Both the position numbers and the translations under genes were made by a program. From an uncultured virus (IMG/VR IMGVR_UViG_3300007538_000026) (Duplodnaviria > Heunggongvirae > Uroviricota > Caudoviricetes), in IMG/VR virus record IMGVR_UViG_3300007538_000026, positions 1-64,000 of that record: a stretch of DNA of 64,000 nucleotides; one strand, given 5' to 3'. Position 1 is the stretch's first letter. Every line of letters begins with the position of its first letter. A model generated the notes under the pieces. It saw only the letters and a program-made list of their open reading frames with translations. It did no database searches and was not told where the DNA came from. Positions 9,207-19,076 of the stretch are shown in pieces.

Positions 9207-9419
9207 ATGGCAGAAGCAACGGAGACCGCACGGCAGCGCATCGTCACGACCGACGGCATCGTCACCGCGACGGTGCTCGACCGCCTCGCGCCCGAGCGCC
9301 TGGCTCTCGCGCTGGTGCGGGGAGCTGCCGGCGCCCGCTATACTGGGAAGGCTGACGGGACCGCCCTGGTTCCTCGTGCCCTCAAGGACTTGCTGGTCAA
9401 CCCGGAATCGGAGGCGTAG
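9207..9419 (+). CDS. Small hypothetical protein (tail region)
   Basis: Fills the gap and is coupled to the next gene. Confidence 0.55.
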   Translation: MAEATETARQRIVTTDGIVTATVLDRLAPERLALALVRGAAGARYTGKADGTALVPRALKDLLVNPESEA

Positions 9420-10324
9420 TGGCTGTCCTCTTGCTGGAGAAGGATCCCTTCGCGGATGCTGTGGCGGACATGAGCTCGGAGCAGACGGGCTTCTCCCAGG
9501 CGAATGTGCGGCGTCCCCTCTGGGGGCTCATCCCCAAGGAAGACAGGTTCGCCTTCATCTCGGTCTACCGCGCCTCCAGCGAGGGAGGCAGCAGCATCAC
9601 CCCCATCAGCCTCTTGGACTCGTCGGCCCCCATCGTGACCGATGCGGAGGACCCTCGGGGGCGCTCCACCTCCAACCACAACTTCATCCTCCAGCGGGTC
9701 ACCATCCAACGGAAGGAGAAGGCCCAGATCGTGGAGACCTTCGGGGACCACTTCGTGTTCCTCTACGGGGAGAAGCCCGAGTTCCTCGCAGTGCAGGGGA
9801 TGCTCTTCAACACCCGGGACTTCAACTGGAAGAACGAGTGGCTGGCGAACTACGACCAGTTCTTGCGAGGAACCAAGTGCGTGGAGAACCGCGCGCGGGT
9901 CTTCATCGGCTTCGATGACGTGCTGATCGGGGGCTACGTTCTGGGAACGGGAGTGGACCACGCAGAGAACCAGCCCATGTTGTGCCCCTTCAACTTCCAG
10001 ATGGTCGTGACGGACTACCACGACCTCTCGGATGCCAACGACCCGGTGAAGGGCGCGGAGCATGCGCGGACCCTCGAAGGTCGGACGGACTACTACCCCG
10101 AGTACTTGCGCGAGATCGCCGCCGAGCCGTACTACGTGGTCAACGAGCTGACGGGCGAGATCGAGATCTACCAGAACAGCGTCTTCGGCGGCACCACTCA
10201 GCTCGGGACGTCGCTGGTCAGCTCGGATGCGGATGTCGGAGCACTGGCGGGCTACGGCGACGCCTCGGTCGCCATGGGGAATGCGCTCGGCACAGGGGCG
10301 GGCACTCACATGGCAGCGATGTAG
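9419..10324 (+). CDS. Putative tail-tube initiator/baseplate protein
   Basis: Lies between the TMP and hub genes. beta-rich (FILQRVTIQRKEKAQIVETFGD...FNFQMVV). Confidence 0.5.
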   Translation: MAVLLLEKDPFADAVADMSSEQTGFSQANVRRPLWGLIPKEDRFAFISVYRASSEGGSSITPISLLDSSAPIVTDAEDPRGRSTSNHNFILQRVTIQRKEKAQIVETFGDHFVFLYGEKPEFLAVQGMLFNTRDFNWKNEWLANYDQFLRGTKCVENRARVFIGFDDVLIGGYVLGTGVDHAENQPMLCPFNFQMVVTDYHDLSDANDPVKGAEHARTLEGRTDYYPEYLREIAAEPYYVVNELTGEIEIYQNSVFGGTTQLGTSLVSSDADVGALAGYGDASVAMGNALGTGAGTHMAAM

Positions 10325-10333
10325 GGAGCGCCC

Positions 10334-12775
10334 ATGGGTACCATCGCCTCCAGGCTGAATCTGCGGCTGTTCCCCGATGGGGTGGAGGTCCCTGTCATCG
10401 GAGCTCGGTGCACCTTCTCCGACGGCGCGCCGGCGACAGCTGAGGTCCAGATCGTGGCCACCAACGCCGTGCACGACATCCTGCCGCGCACGCTGGTCAC
10501 CCTGTTCTACTACGAGACCTACGACTACGAGAGGACCTCGGGCACCGTGGCGCTCACCAAGCTCGGGGTCGAAGACCCCCGGCGCTGGAAGTTGCTGTTC
10601 CTCGGGGAGGTGACAGGCCTGGCCATCCAGCAGCAGAACCAGCAGCGCGCCTGCGTGCTCTCCTGCGTGGATCCGTCTACCTACTGGGACTCCATCCGGC
10701 AGCACTACATCAACTTCCGCAACGCCGGCGTCGAGCTGTTCGAGAACGCCTTCATGGGCGTGCGGCTGGACCGCCTCAAGCACTTCGATGTCGTCACCAA
10801 GGATGCGCACTCCAACCTGTTCGTGTGGTTGTCGCAGTCCAAGGTGAAGACGGGCAAGACCGAGACCAAGCTCGCAGGCTACCGTCACACCATGTCGGGG
10901 AAGACCATCTCGGTGGACGAGTACAACTCGCTGGCGACGGCTGAACTGAGCTCCGATGAGCAGCACGTGCTGTCGCAGGGGGCGGTGAAGACCACCTCGG
11001 TCACCGAGGATGGCGAGAGCGCGAGTGACTACGCCCCGTACTATGCCGAGGTCGACGAGGAGTACTCCAACCTCTACGTCGGCATCCAGCGGATGCTGCG
11101 TGAGATGTTCTTCGCGTCCAACCTCTTCTACGCCAAGGCGTTCAACCGGCTGCGTCTCGGGGATATGCTCGTAGGGCTCCCCGAGGACAAGACCGCGGCG
11201 AAGCTGATGAAGCTCGACTACTTCGAGAAGTTCATCAAGGGCCAGGTCGGGGGTGCTGGAGGCTATGTCACGGCGCGGCAGCTCATCCAGCTCATGCTGG
11301 GGACGGTCTTCCACACCTACACGGCCGTGCCATGCCCGAAGTTCGACCCGGAAGGGACCTCGCGCGGCATGACCATGAGCGTGGAGCAGGACGCGCACCT
11401 GCTCAAGGAGATCCTCCCAAGGTACACCCGCCCGGGCGCGACGTTGAACTACCAGCTCATCAAGCCGGATGCCTGGTTCCTCGCTCCGCCTGCCTGCAAC
11501 GTCATCCTGCCCCACCAGATCAACAGCCTGGCCTACCAGCGCAACTTCTTGCAGGAGCCCACCAGGCTGTTCATGCGCACCAGCCTGCTGTTCACCGGGA
11601 CCAACAAGTGGCTCACGGAGCGTTTCTACGCTCCGGACTTCGCTGCCTTCGACGTGCAGATGTACGACAAGGGGGGCTTCAACGAGCGCATGGCCAGCAC
11701 GCTCCTCCCGCACGAGAAGTGGATCGGAATTGCTCCTATCGAGCACTGGCAGCACGACCTTCAGGCCTACGTCGCCAAGGGCCCGCGGCGGGAGTACCTC
11801 GCCCACCTGGCCGACTACCTCTTCTGGAAGCAGCGCTTCGCGCCGCGGACGGCCAACGTGGCGCTGCCCTTCACCCCCGACCTGGTGGTGGGGTACCCCG
11901 GGGTAGTTGTCACGGAGACCGGCCGGGTAGGCACGGCTGGGCGCCACATCATCGGGCACATGCAGACGCTCGTGCACAGCATCACCCAACAGGGAGGCTG
12001 GACCCACGTGACGATGCAGGGGTGCCGTAACCACGATGAAACCGCTGACTTCGACGCCGAGAAGCGCACCCTCGAGGAGCTCACCTCTCGGGGAGCTGAC
12101 GGGTTCCTCGATGACCGTTACGACGTGGGGCGCATCGGGCAGGAGGTCTACCAGCCCATCTTCGGGTGCGACAGCCTGGTGGACGCTGTCACTACGGACG
12201 ACCTCACCGAGGAGATCGAGCAGACGATCCTCACCGACCTGCAGTTCCTCCTGGACACCGAGGACTCGCCGCTGGCGGCGTCCGTCGTGGCGCTGCAGGT
12301 GCTCTACAGGTCTGCCGTACGCGCGAAGCTCGACATCAACGCGTTCACCAGGTCGCTGACGCACCGGCCCAAGGCCAACATGGTGGAGGTCATCGGGCTG
12401 CCTACCACGCAGGGCGCCACTAGTGAGATGGAGCAGATGATCTTGTCGCAGTCCGGCGAGGTCGAAGGGTTCCACTCCATCGCGGTCGATGTCGACGCCT
12501 CGGATCACAGCTACGACCAGTACACCACGACGCGCTACGAGAACGTGTCGGAGGTGAAGCACACTCCCGCGGTGATGGAGGAGCAGATCTTCCCGGACGG
12601 CGGCGTTATCTCGGTCGAGGAGGTCGAGGTCGAGAAGGCGAAGACCGAGAAGGTCACGTACACGCGGGAGATCAACGAGACGGCGACCTACGGCCTCAAG
12701 GACGATCTTGCGGAGCGGCAGGAGAGGATTCGGCTGTACCTTGATAGTCTGGTGATGCGAGGTATCCGCGGATGA
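10334..12775 (+). CDS. Putative baseplate hub protein (gp27/VgrG-like)
   Basis: 813 aa, by synteny. N-terminal LLFLGEVTGL...LSCVD and a later PDLVVGYPGVV...TLVHSITQQGGWT pattern resemble hub proteins. Confidence 0.5.
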   Translation: MGTIASRLNLRLFPDGVEVPVIGARCTFSDGAPATAEVQIVATNAVHDILPRTLVTLFYYETYDYERTSGTVALTKLGVEDPRRWKLLFLGEVTGLAIQQQNQQRACVLSCVDPSTYWDSIRQHYINFRNAGVELFENAFMGVRLDRLKHFDVVTKDAHSNLFVWLSQSKVKTGKTETKLAGYRHTMSGKTISVDEYNSLATAELSSDEQHVLSQGAVKTTSVTEDGESASDYAPYYAEVDEEYSNLYVGIQRMLREMFFASNLFYAKAFNRLRLGDMLVGLPEDKTAAKLMKLDYFEKFIKGQVGGAGGYVTARQLIQLMLGTVFHTYTAVPCPKFDPEGTSRGMTMSVEQDAHLLKEILPRYTRPGATLNYQLIKPDAWFLAPPACNVILPHQINSLAYQRNFLQEPTRLFMRTSLLFTGTNKWLTERFYAPDFAAFDVQMYDKGGFNERMASTLLPHEKWIGIAPIEHWQHDLQAYVAKGPRREYLAHLADYLFWKQRFAPRTANVALPFTPDLVVGYPGVVVTETGRVGTAGRHIIGHMQTLVHSITQQGGWTHVTMQGCRNHDETADFDAEKRTLEELTSRGADGFLDDRYDVGRIGQEVYQPIFGCDSLVDAVTTDDLTEEIEQTILTDLQFLLDTEDSPLAASVVALQVLYRSAVRAKLDINAFTRSLTHRPKANMVEVIGLPTTQGATSEMEQMILSQSGEVEGFHSIAVDVDASDHSYDQYTTTRYENVSEVKHTPAVMEEQIFPDGGVISVEEVEVEKAKTEKVTYTREINETATYGLKDDLAERQERIRLYLDSLVMRGIRG

Positions 12776-14547
12776 GTGTTCGGTGGTTCCAGAAGCTGGC
12801 GCAGTCGGCGCCCGTCACGCCGCGGGCCCCCGAGGTCCCGAAGGCCCCAGCTCGGCCGAAGACCCCGAAGCTCCCCAAGCCCCCGAGCGCTACCAAGGGG
12901 CCGAACGGTCACTGGCGCACGCTCCCGCCCGGGCACCAGGGGCACGACGCCCAGGGGAACGCCCAGGCAGGACGTACCTGGGTACGGCGTGGGGGCGGAC
13001 TCAAGCCCTCTGCCACCCCGATGAAGCACCAGGCCGACTTCACCAAGGCGGTCACCAAGCTCCCGACGAAGAAGCCCTCGGGCCTCATCGCGGCCCACGG
13101 GACGGGTACGGGCAAGACGTTCTCGGCCATCGCTGCGGTGGAGAAGCTGCGCGAGAAGGGCCAGGTGGAGCGCACCCTCGTCGTGGCCCCTGCAGGCCTC
13201 CGGTCGAACTTCTTGGCCAAGGGCGTGAACAAGTTCACCACCTCCAAGGGCGTCATCGCCAACCGCCCCGGGGACATCCCGAAGGATGCGCACTACGTGG
13301 TGGTGTCCTACGCTGCCTTCCGGCAGAACCCAGACGCCTACATCGACGCCTACCAGCCCGACACGCTCATCGTGGACGAGGCGCACCGACTCACCAACAT
13401 GGAGAGCGCGTCCTACAAGGCCATCCGGCACGCCCGTACGCGGATCCCCCGAGTGATCCCGCTCACCGCCTCCATCGTGCAGAACGACCCCTCTGACGTG
13501 GTACCCCTGCTGAACATCGTCGCCGGGCAGGACCACACCCGGAAGGAGTTCAAGCAGCGCTACGTGCGCCGGGTGCCCACCGGGCAGAAGGGGGTGTTCG
13601 GCGGGAAGGTCTACGCGAAGAAGATCGTGCGGCAGGAGGAGCTCAAGCGCACCATCGGTCCGCACATCCACTACATCGAGGACCTCGACGCGGACAAGAA
13701 GCCGGCCAAGGAAGTGGAGACCGTAGAGGTCCCTATGAATGCGGAGCAGCTCAAGCTCTACCGCATGTCGATGAAGGGCGTGGACCCCAAGCTCCAGGCG
13801 CGCATCGCCGCCGGCGAGGCGGTCTCCCAGCGGGAGGCCATGACGGTGTTCACCCGGCTGATGCGTGCTCGCCAGGTGTCGAACAGCATCCACACGGTGC
13901 AGCCGAGCATGACGCCAGGACAGGCGGCGGACGCCACTCCCAAGATCAAGCAGATCTTGGACGACGCGGCTGCGCACATCGACAGCACGCCGGACGCCCA
14001 GATCATCATGTACTCCAACATGGTCCACGGGGGCGTTGACGTGCTCAAGGCGGGGCTCGAGAAGCGGGGCATCCCCTTCGGCATCTTCGCTGGGAAGGGC
14101 GTCAAGGGCATCACCGAGGAGACACGGCAGCAGGCGGTCGACGACTACCTGGCCGGGAAGATCAAGGCGATCATCATCACAGGCGCGGGTGCGGAGGGCC
14201 TGTCTCTCGGCAACACGACGCTGGTGCAGCTGGTGGACGGGCACTACAACCCTGAGCGCATCAGCCAGGCCGAGGCCCGCGGGGTGCGCGCCGGTGGACA
14301 GGCCCACCGGCCGCAGAGCGAGCGTCGGGTAGCAGTGAAGCGCTACGTGTCTACGCTCCCTCGAGGCTTCTGGAAGACCATCACGATGCAGCCGCGTGAG
14401 AAGAGCGTGGGGCAGTGGGTCTACGCTACGGCCGAGCGCAAGCGCGCTGCCAACGAGCAGTTCCGTGCTGTCCTCTCAGCGCGGCACGAACACGAGCAGA
14501 AGAGTCGGGAGAGCACGCTCTACCGACTCTTCGGAGGAGGCCCATGA
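12772..14547 (+). CDS. SF2 (SNF2-like, D6/D11-like) helicase/ATPase
   Basis: Walker A HGTGTGKT, DEAH, motif III TAS, motif V GAEGLSL, motif VI QAEARGVR. Confidence 0.85.
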   Translation: MSVRWFQKLAQSAPVTPRAPEVPKAPARPKTPKLPKPPSATKGPNGHWRTLPPGHQGHDAQGNAQAGRTWVRRGGGLKPSATPMKHQADFTKAVTKLPTKKPSGLIAAHGTGTGKTFSAIAAVEKLREKGQVERTLVVAPAGLRSNFLAKGVNKFTTSKGVIANRPGDIPKDAHYVVVSYAAFRQNPDAYIDAYQPDTLIVDEAHRLTNMESASYKAIRHARTRIPRVIPLTASIVQNDPSDVVPLLNIVAGQDHTRKEFKQRYVRRVPTGQKGVFGGKVYAKKIVRQEELKRTIGPHIHYIEDLDADKKPAKEVETVEVPMNAEQLKLYRMSMKGVDPKLQARIAAGEAVSQREAMTVFTRLMRARQVSNSIHTVQPSMTPGQAADATPKIKQILDDAAAHIDSTPDAQIIMYSNMVHGGVDVLKAGLEKRGIPFGIFAGKGVKGITEETRQQAVDDYLAGKIKAIIITGAGAEGLSLGNTTLVQLVDGHYNPERISQAEARGVRAGGQAHRPQSERRVAVKRYVSTLPRGFWKTITMQPREKSVGQWVYATAERKRAANEQFRAVLSARHEHEQKSRESTLYRLFGGGP

Positions 14548-14972
14548 GCGATGCCCTGGTGACCAGCTACTTCAACGAGCTGGAGAAGATCGCAGAGACC
14601 GGAGGGCACGCTGACGTGTTCGCTGCGCTGGACAAGCTGGCGAACGAAGCGGATGCCGAGACCGAACCCACGGACGACTACGCCCCGACGCGTTGCCCGA
14701 AGTGCAAGACCCCGTGCACGCGGGACGACGTGAAGTGCAAGAAGTGCGGGACCAAGCTGAGGTCCGATGACCAGCGTGAGGACGCTGCGCAGCTGCAGGC
14801 CGAGGCCGAGAGTCCCGGACAGCACGAAGCACCCCCCGGACACGAGAAGACCGCGAAGACGGGCGATGCCCCGGACAAGCAGAAGCGCAAGGGGCCGAAC
14901 CCCATCCTGAATCTCCGCAAGGGGAAGAAGTCCAAGCGCATCCGAGCCCGGCTGGCCTCCTGCGCGGAGTAG
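14544..14972 (+). CDS. ELEKIA-motif protein with Zn ribbon
   Basis: ATGA overlap. YFNELEKIA, VFAALDKLA, CPKC...CKKC. Confidence 0.7.
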   Translation: MSDALVTSYFNELEKIAETGGHADVFAALDKLANEADAETEPTDDYAPTRCPKCKTPCTRDDVKCKKCGTKLRSDDQREDAAQLQAEAESPGQHEAPPGHEKTAKTGDAPDKQKRKGPNPILNLRKGKKSKRIRARLASCAE

Positions 14973-14981
14973 TGCTACGAT
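14973..14981 (+). promoter_or_regulatory. Extended -10 promoter candidate
   Basis: TGCTACGAT in the intergenic region upstream of the gene at 15064. Confidence 0.35.
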
Positions 14982-15063
14982 CCTGTCACCGCGTGAGCGG
15001 TAGTGCAGGCTCACCAGCCTGTCCTCCGGAGGTCCGGAGGCTATCCACTCAGAGGAGTCCCCC

Positions 15064-15693
15064 ATGTCCCAGCTCGGCAAGAGCCCCGTCCAGAACCTTC
15101 TCTCCTGGAGCCCCAAGAAGAAGGGCTGGTACCCCAAGACCATCGTCTCCCTGATGCAGCGCATCGTGAACGACATCTGGAAGTGCAACGAGATCCTCGA
15201 GGGCTGCAGCGCCATCGCGGACGGCGCCTCCATCAGCGCCACCACGCTCAACGTCACCACCACGGGCGCCCTGCGCTGCAAGCTCAACGGCCGCCTGATG
15301 GCCGCCCTGGCCATCCTGGACGATGCCGATCTCCTGGCCGACGTCGGCACCCCCATCTGGTCCGACGGTTCGCCGGTGGAGGCCTTCGAGCTCGGTGCGG
15401 GGGAGGACGTCACCGTCACCCTCATCGTCACCAACTCCGACGACGCGGGCGACGTGGACGAGGACGACGCGGGCACCCCGCTCCTGGTCCCGGTGCTCTC
15501 CGGCACGGCCGCGGCCTACACCGGCGGGCTGGACCAGCTCTCCTCCTACGAGATCCAGAGCGCCCTCGAGGCCAGCGATGAGCATGCCGGGGTCACCGGC
15601 TGGGCTCACGTGCTCCAGGCCGTGTTCACCGAGGACACCGGCGTCACCGGCGCCTACGTCCTGAACCGCAACAACGTCGTGTCGGAGGCCTAG
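15064..15693 (+). CDS. Putative virion structural protein
   Basis: GAGGAG RBS, strongly C-biased codons (highly expressed style), acidic beta-rich C-terminal part. Confidence 0.65.
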   Translation: MSQLGKSPVQNLLSWSPKKKGWYPKTIVSLMQRIVNDIWKCNEILEGCSAIADGASISATTLNVTTTGALRCKLNGRLMAALAILDDADLLADVGTPIWSDGSPVEAFELGAGEDVTVTLIVTNSDDAGDVDEDDAGTPLLVPVLSGTAAAYTGGLDQLSSYEIQSALEASDEHAGVTGWAHVLQAVFTEDTGVTGAYVLNRNNVVSEA

Positions 15694-15716
15694 CCCTGCC
15701 TCTGCGGAGGTAGGTC

Positions 15717-17552
15717 TTGGACTGCGTCCTTCCGAGCTTCGCGGCTGAGCTGACCAAGATCGCCGCCTCCGAGAGCAAGAGGCGGCGCTCCGGGTACGCA
15801 GCAGCTGTGGGAGCAGCCGCCCCCTTCGCCGCGGTGCAGGCCGCGACCGACTACCCTCGCGGGTGGGTCGACAAGGCGGTCGAGAACCGCGTGCTGGGCA
15901 AGCAGAACGTGGCCAAGCTCGGCCCGAAGGTCGCCCCGTGGTCCGTGGGGCTCGGCCGCGCAGCAGGCCGGCTCGGACCCGGCTTGCTGACGACGCCGAT
16001 CTTTCTCAGCGGCATCAAGGACCTGAGCAACGCGCAGTCGGATGCCGACAGGAAGAAGGGCTACGCCAAGATCCTGGGATCCGGCGTAGCCTTCTCGGGC
16101 GGCAAGGGGGCCATCGAAGGTGGCGTCCAGCGGCTCGGCGGGCTCTCGTCGAAGCAGGCCCTGCAGAAGGTCAAGAACCTGGCCAGCTCGCGGATGATCA
16201 CCGGGAGCCTGGCGGGCGCCCTCACGGCGCGGTCTGTGGCCAACAGCGTGCGCGACGACCGCAAGGGCAAGAAGAACAAGGGCCTGCTCATCCCCGCGGT
16301 GACTGGCGCGGCAGTGGGCGCGGGCAAGGGCGGCTTCGACAAGGCCTACGGGATCGTCAACCCCAAGTTCCGCAGGCAGCTCCCCAAGGCCGAGCGCCTG
16401 GTCGGGACCAAGAGAGCGATTCCGGCGGCCATGGCAGGGCGCGCGGCCGCGGGTGCGCTGTCCGCTGTGGTGCTCTCCCGCCTGGCCCGTGCGTACATGA
16501 AGAAGGGCAAGGAGAAGCAGGCCGCGGTGGAGGCACCCCCTGGACCGGGGCACACCTACGAGCAGGTACGGGCCTGGGCCGCGGACAAGTCGCCGGAAGA
16601 GGTGGCGCAGCAGTTCGCCCACACGCACAAGCGCGGGGACCCCGAGGCAACCCCCACTCGACGAGCGGTGTACTACGCCCTGCACGACGACCTCGCCCGG
16701 CGGGGGGCCACGGAGCTCCCGCCGCCCAAGAAGCGGGGGGAGGCTACCGGGGTGGCGCGCACCCCCAACGTGGCTCACGCAGCTGCGCTCTCTACCATCC
16801 TGGTGGCGCCGGAGCTGGTGTGGCACGGCATGACGCACACCATGGCCCCCGGGGAGAAGAGCCTGGTCATGTCCGAGGCCCTGGACCGCATGATCGCTGA
16901 GCGAGGGATCGAGCGGATGAACTCCGGACACCCCTTCTGGGGCACGTCCATGCGGCCCGGGGCCTACATGCGCCTGGAGGAAGAGGCGACGGACAAGGCG
17001 ACTCGGGAGCTCCTCGAGGTCGCTCGAGGGGCGAACAACTCCGAGGCGCGCAAGCTGCTGGCTGCCTACGGCACGGGGAAGCGCAAGTTCATCCTCGCCC
17101 CGGAGAAGGCGTTCCCAGACGTGCTCGCGCACGAGCTCGGTCACGCCACGGCGGGCTCCCTCCGGCAGAAGACGCTCCAGCACCCCATGGCGTCCGTCGT
17201 GGCGCGCTATGCTCGCCTGCCCGCCATCGCCCTCCCCATCATCGCCATGGCAGGGATCGGTGACGGCTCCTTCGCGACCAAGAAGGACTTCGAGAGCCGC
17301 GCCAAGTTCGTGCAGGGCGTCGGCATCGCCACGGCGCTCCTGAGTGGACCGAACCTGGCAGAGGAGGCGGTGGCCAGCGGGAAGGCGCTCAAGTACTTGA
17401 GCCGTGCCGGGGCGTCCCCTCGGCAGGCGACCCTGAAGGCGCTCAAGCGCCTCGTGCCAGCCTTCGGGACCTACGCGGCTCCCGTGGTCTTCCCCTTCGC
17501 CGTGGCACACTCCCTTCGTCGCAGAGCCGAGAAGGCTGGGAGAGACGGATGA
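15717..17552 (+). CDS. ELxKIA-motif membrane-type protein with C-terminal HExxH Zn metallopeptidase (YugP/Zn_peptidase_2-like)
   Basis: SFAAELTKIA N-terminus, Gly-zipper segments, VLAHELGHA (about 17121-17147), downstream EEAVAS...AL and AFGTY. Confidence 0.7.
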   Translation: MDCVLPSFAAELTKIAASESKRRRSGYAAAVGAAAPFAAVQAATDYPRGWVDKAVENRVLGKQNVAKLGPKVAPWSVGLGRAAGRLGPGLLTTPIFLSGIKDLSNAQSDADRKKGYAKILGSGVAFSGGKGAIEGGVQRLGGLSSKQALQKVKNLASSRMITGSLAGALTARSVANSVRDDRKGKKNKGLLIPAVTGAAVGAGKGGFDKAYGIVNPKFRRQLPKAERLVGTKRAIPAAMAGRAAAGALSAVVLSRLARAYMKKGKEKQAAVEAPPGPGHTYEQVRAWAADKSPEEVAQQFAHTHKRGDPEATPTRRAVYYALHDDLARRGATELPPPKKRGEATGVARTPNVAHAAALSTILVAPELVWHGMTHTMAPGEKSLVMSEALDRMIAERGIERMNSGHPFWGTSMRPGAYMRLEEEATDKATRELLEVARGANNSEARKLLAAYGTGKRKFILAPEKAFPDVLAHELGHATAGSLRQKTLQHPMASVVARYARLPAIALPIIAMAGIGDGSFATKKDFESRAKFVQGVGIATALLSGPNLAEEAVASGKALKYLSRAGASPRQATLKALKRLVPAFGTYAAPVVFPFAVAHSLRRRAEKAGRDG

Positions 17553-18403
17553 CCATCGCCAAGGATGTCGCAGCGGGCGTAGACCCGTTTGGTGTGTGGA
17601 CTACGCGCTTGGCTGCTGACGCGGAGCGTGCACGCACTTCGCGGAGGAAGCACCGCACCAAGACGCTGGCCGCAGCGGTCGGCGGCAGTATCGGCGGCGG
17701 CGTGGTGGTCCCCTCGGTCGTGTCCGGCGTCATCGGGGCGGCCAAGGGCGCCGGCGGCGGGGCGAGCTTCAAGCAGCGTCTCCGCGGAGCTGCCAAGGGG
17801 GCGGTTCGCGGCGCCCAGGCACCGCTCAAGAACCTGGTGCAGGGCGGCAAGGCTCTGCGGACGGCACGCCGGGCGGAGAAGAAGGGCCTGGCAGGCTTGT
17901 CGGAGCGCGAGATCGCGCGTACTCGGAAGATGATCGGCAACCTGCGGCTGAGCGACGTCTACGCGCATCGCAAGCACATGAAGCCCACCAAGGCGCTCAT
18001 GCGCGAGCTGCGCAGTGCCAAGAAGGGGGACTCGCCTGCCCGGAAGCACGTGGTCGAGCAGCTTGCAGGCAAGTACAAGGGCGTGCCCAAGGAGAAGCGC
18101 GACGAGATGGGCAAGCTCCTTCTCGGAGGCAGCGGCATCGTCAGCGCCGCCCGGAAGAAGGGTGAGCGGGCCTTCGCCAGTGGCGTGGCCGCCATGGGCA
18201 TGGCGGCCGGCGTCGGAGGCGGGGGCGCGGCCCTGCAGTACCAGAAGGGGCGAGAGATCGAGCAGGAGACGCGCCGCCGTCTGCGCGAGGCGCGCAAGCG
18301 CATGGGTGACGGCGGCAAGGAGAAGCAGAGCACTGCGCTCCCCGCGCTGACCGAGGCTGCGGTCAGGAGTTTTTGGCAGGAGCTCGCCCAGATCGCAGCA
18401 TAG
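17549..18403 (+). CDS. Basic glycine-zipper protein with C-terminal motif variant (SFWQELAQIA)
   Basis: ATGA overlap, K/R-rich, two Gly/Ala hydrophobic segments. Confidence 0.7.
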   Translation: MTIAKDVAAGVDPFGVWTTRLAADAERARTSRRKHRTKTLAAAVGGSIGGGVVVPSVVSGVIGAAKGAGGGASFKQRLRGAAKGAVRGAQAPLKNLVQGGKALRTARRAEKKGLAGLSEREIARTRKMIGNLRLSDVYAHRKHMKPTKALMRELRSAKKGDSPARKHVVEQLAGKYKGVPKEKRDEMGKLLLGGSGIVSAARKKGERAFASGVAAMGMAAGVGGGGAALQYQKGREIEQETRRRLREARKRMGDGGKEKQSTALPALTEAAVRSFWQELAQIAA

Positions 18404-18457
18404 TTGGCACGTGCCTCGGGTCTCGGGGTACAACGATGAAGACAGAGAGGTTCCCAC

Positions 18458-19075
18458 ATGGACAGCATCTACGGACACTTCACGTCGGCCGCGCTCGAGC
18501 TGGTGGCCCAAGCAGGCAACGCGGGTGCGAGGGTTCTCGGGGCCTTCGACGGCGAGCTCGAGAAGATCGCGGCGCGCATCCCCCAGGCCCGTCCGGAGTT
18601 CGCTCGGATGCGTATCCGGGCGTACCGCCAGCAGGTGCTCGAGCGGGCGGCCAGGCAGCCGAAGCCCGACATGCGCTCTCCCGGTGTCCGTCTCGCAGAG
18701 CGGGTGGCGCAGGGAGGCCCCGTGGCCACGCCGCCTGTGCGGTCTGCCCCGGTGCGCCCGCGTTCCGCTCCGAAGCCTGAGCCGGCCAAGCCGGCGCCGG
18801 CCAAGCCGGCGCCCGAGCCAGCCCAGGCCGCCCCCGTGGGAGCGGCTGACTCCGCCAAGCCCAAGAAGCCCAAGAAGGACAAGGGCAAGGGACTCCGCCC
18901 TTGGCAGGCCGTCGCTGGCGGCACCGCGGTCGCGGGCAGCGCGCTCGCGGGCGGCTACGCACTGTCGCAGCACAAGGAGCGCCGCGAAGACGAAGATCGC
19001 CGACGGCGCATCCTCAGCTACCTCCGCTCCCGCCCCCAGCAGCAGTCCCTGTCGCGTCAGCTTCGCGGAGCCTGA
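18458..19075 (+). CDS. ELEKIA-motif protein with Pro/Ala linker and C-terminal Gly-rich hydrophobic segment
   Basis: GAFDGELEKIAA, PAKPAPAKPA, AVAGGTAVAGSALAGGYAL. GAGG RBS. Confidence 0.7.
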   Translation: MDSIYGHFTSAALELVAQAGNAGARVLGAFDGELEKIAARIPQARPEFARMRIRAYRQQVLERAARQPKPDMRSPGVRLAERVAQGGPVATPPVRSAPVRPRSAPKPEPAKPAPAKPAPEPAQAAPVGAADSAKPKKPKKDKGKGLRPWQAVAGGTAVAGSALAGGYALSQHKERREDEDRRRRILSYLRSRPQQQSLSRQLRGA

Positions 19076-19076
19076 G

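Noticed and set aside
18411..19076. 402 aa ORF 18411-19619 as one gene
   Set aside because: The first 222 codons overlap the better-supported 18458-19075 gene. The real start is most likely ATG 19077 with an RBS and the ELEKIA motif.
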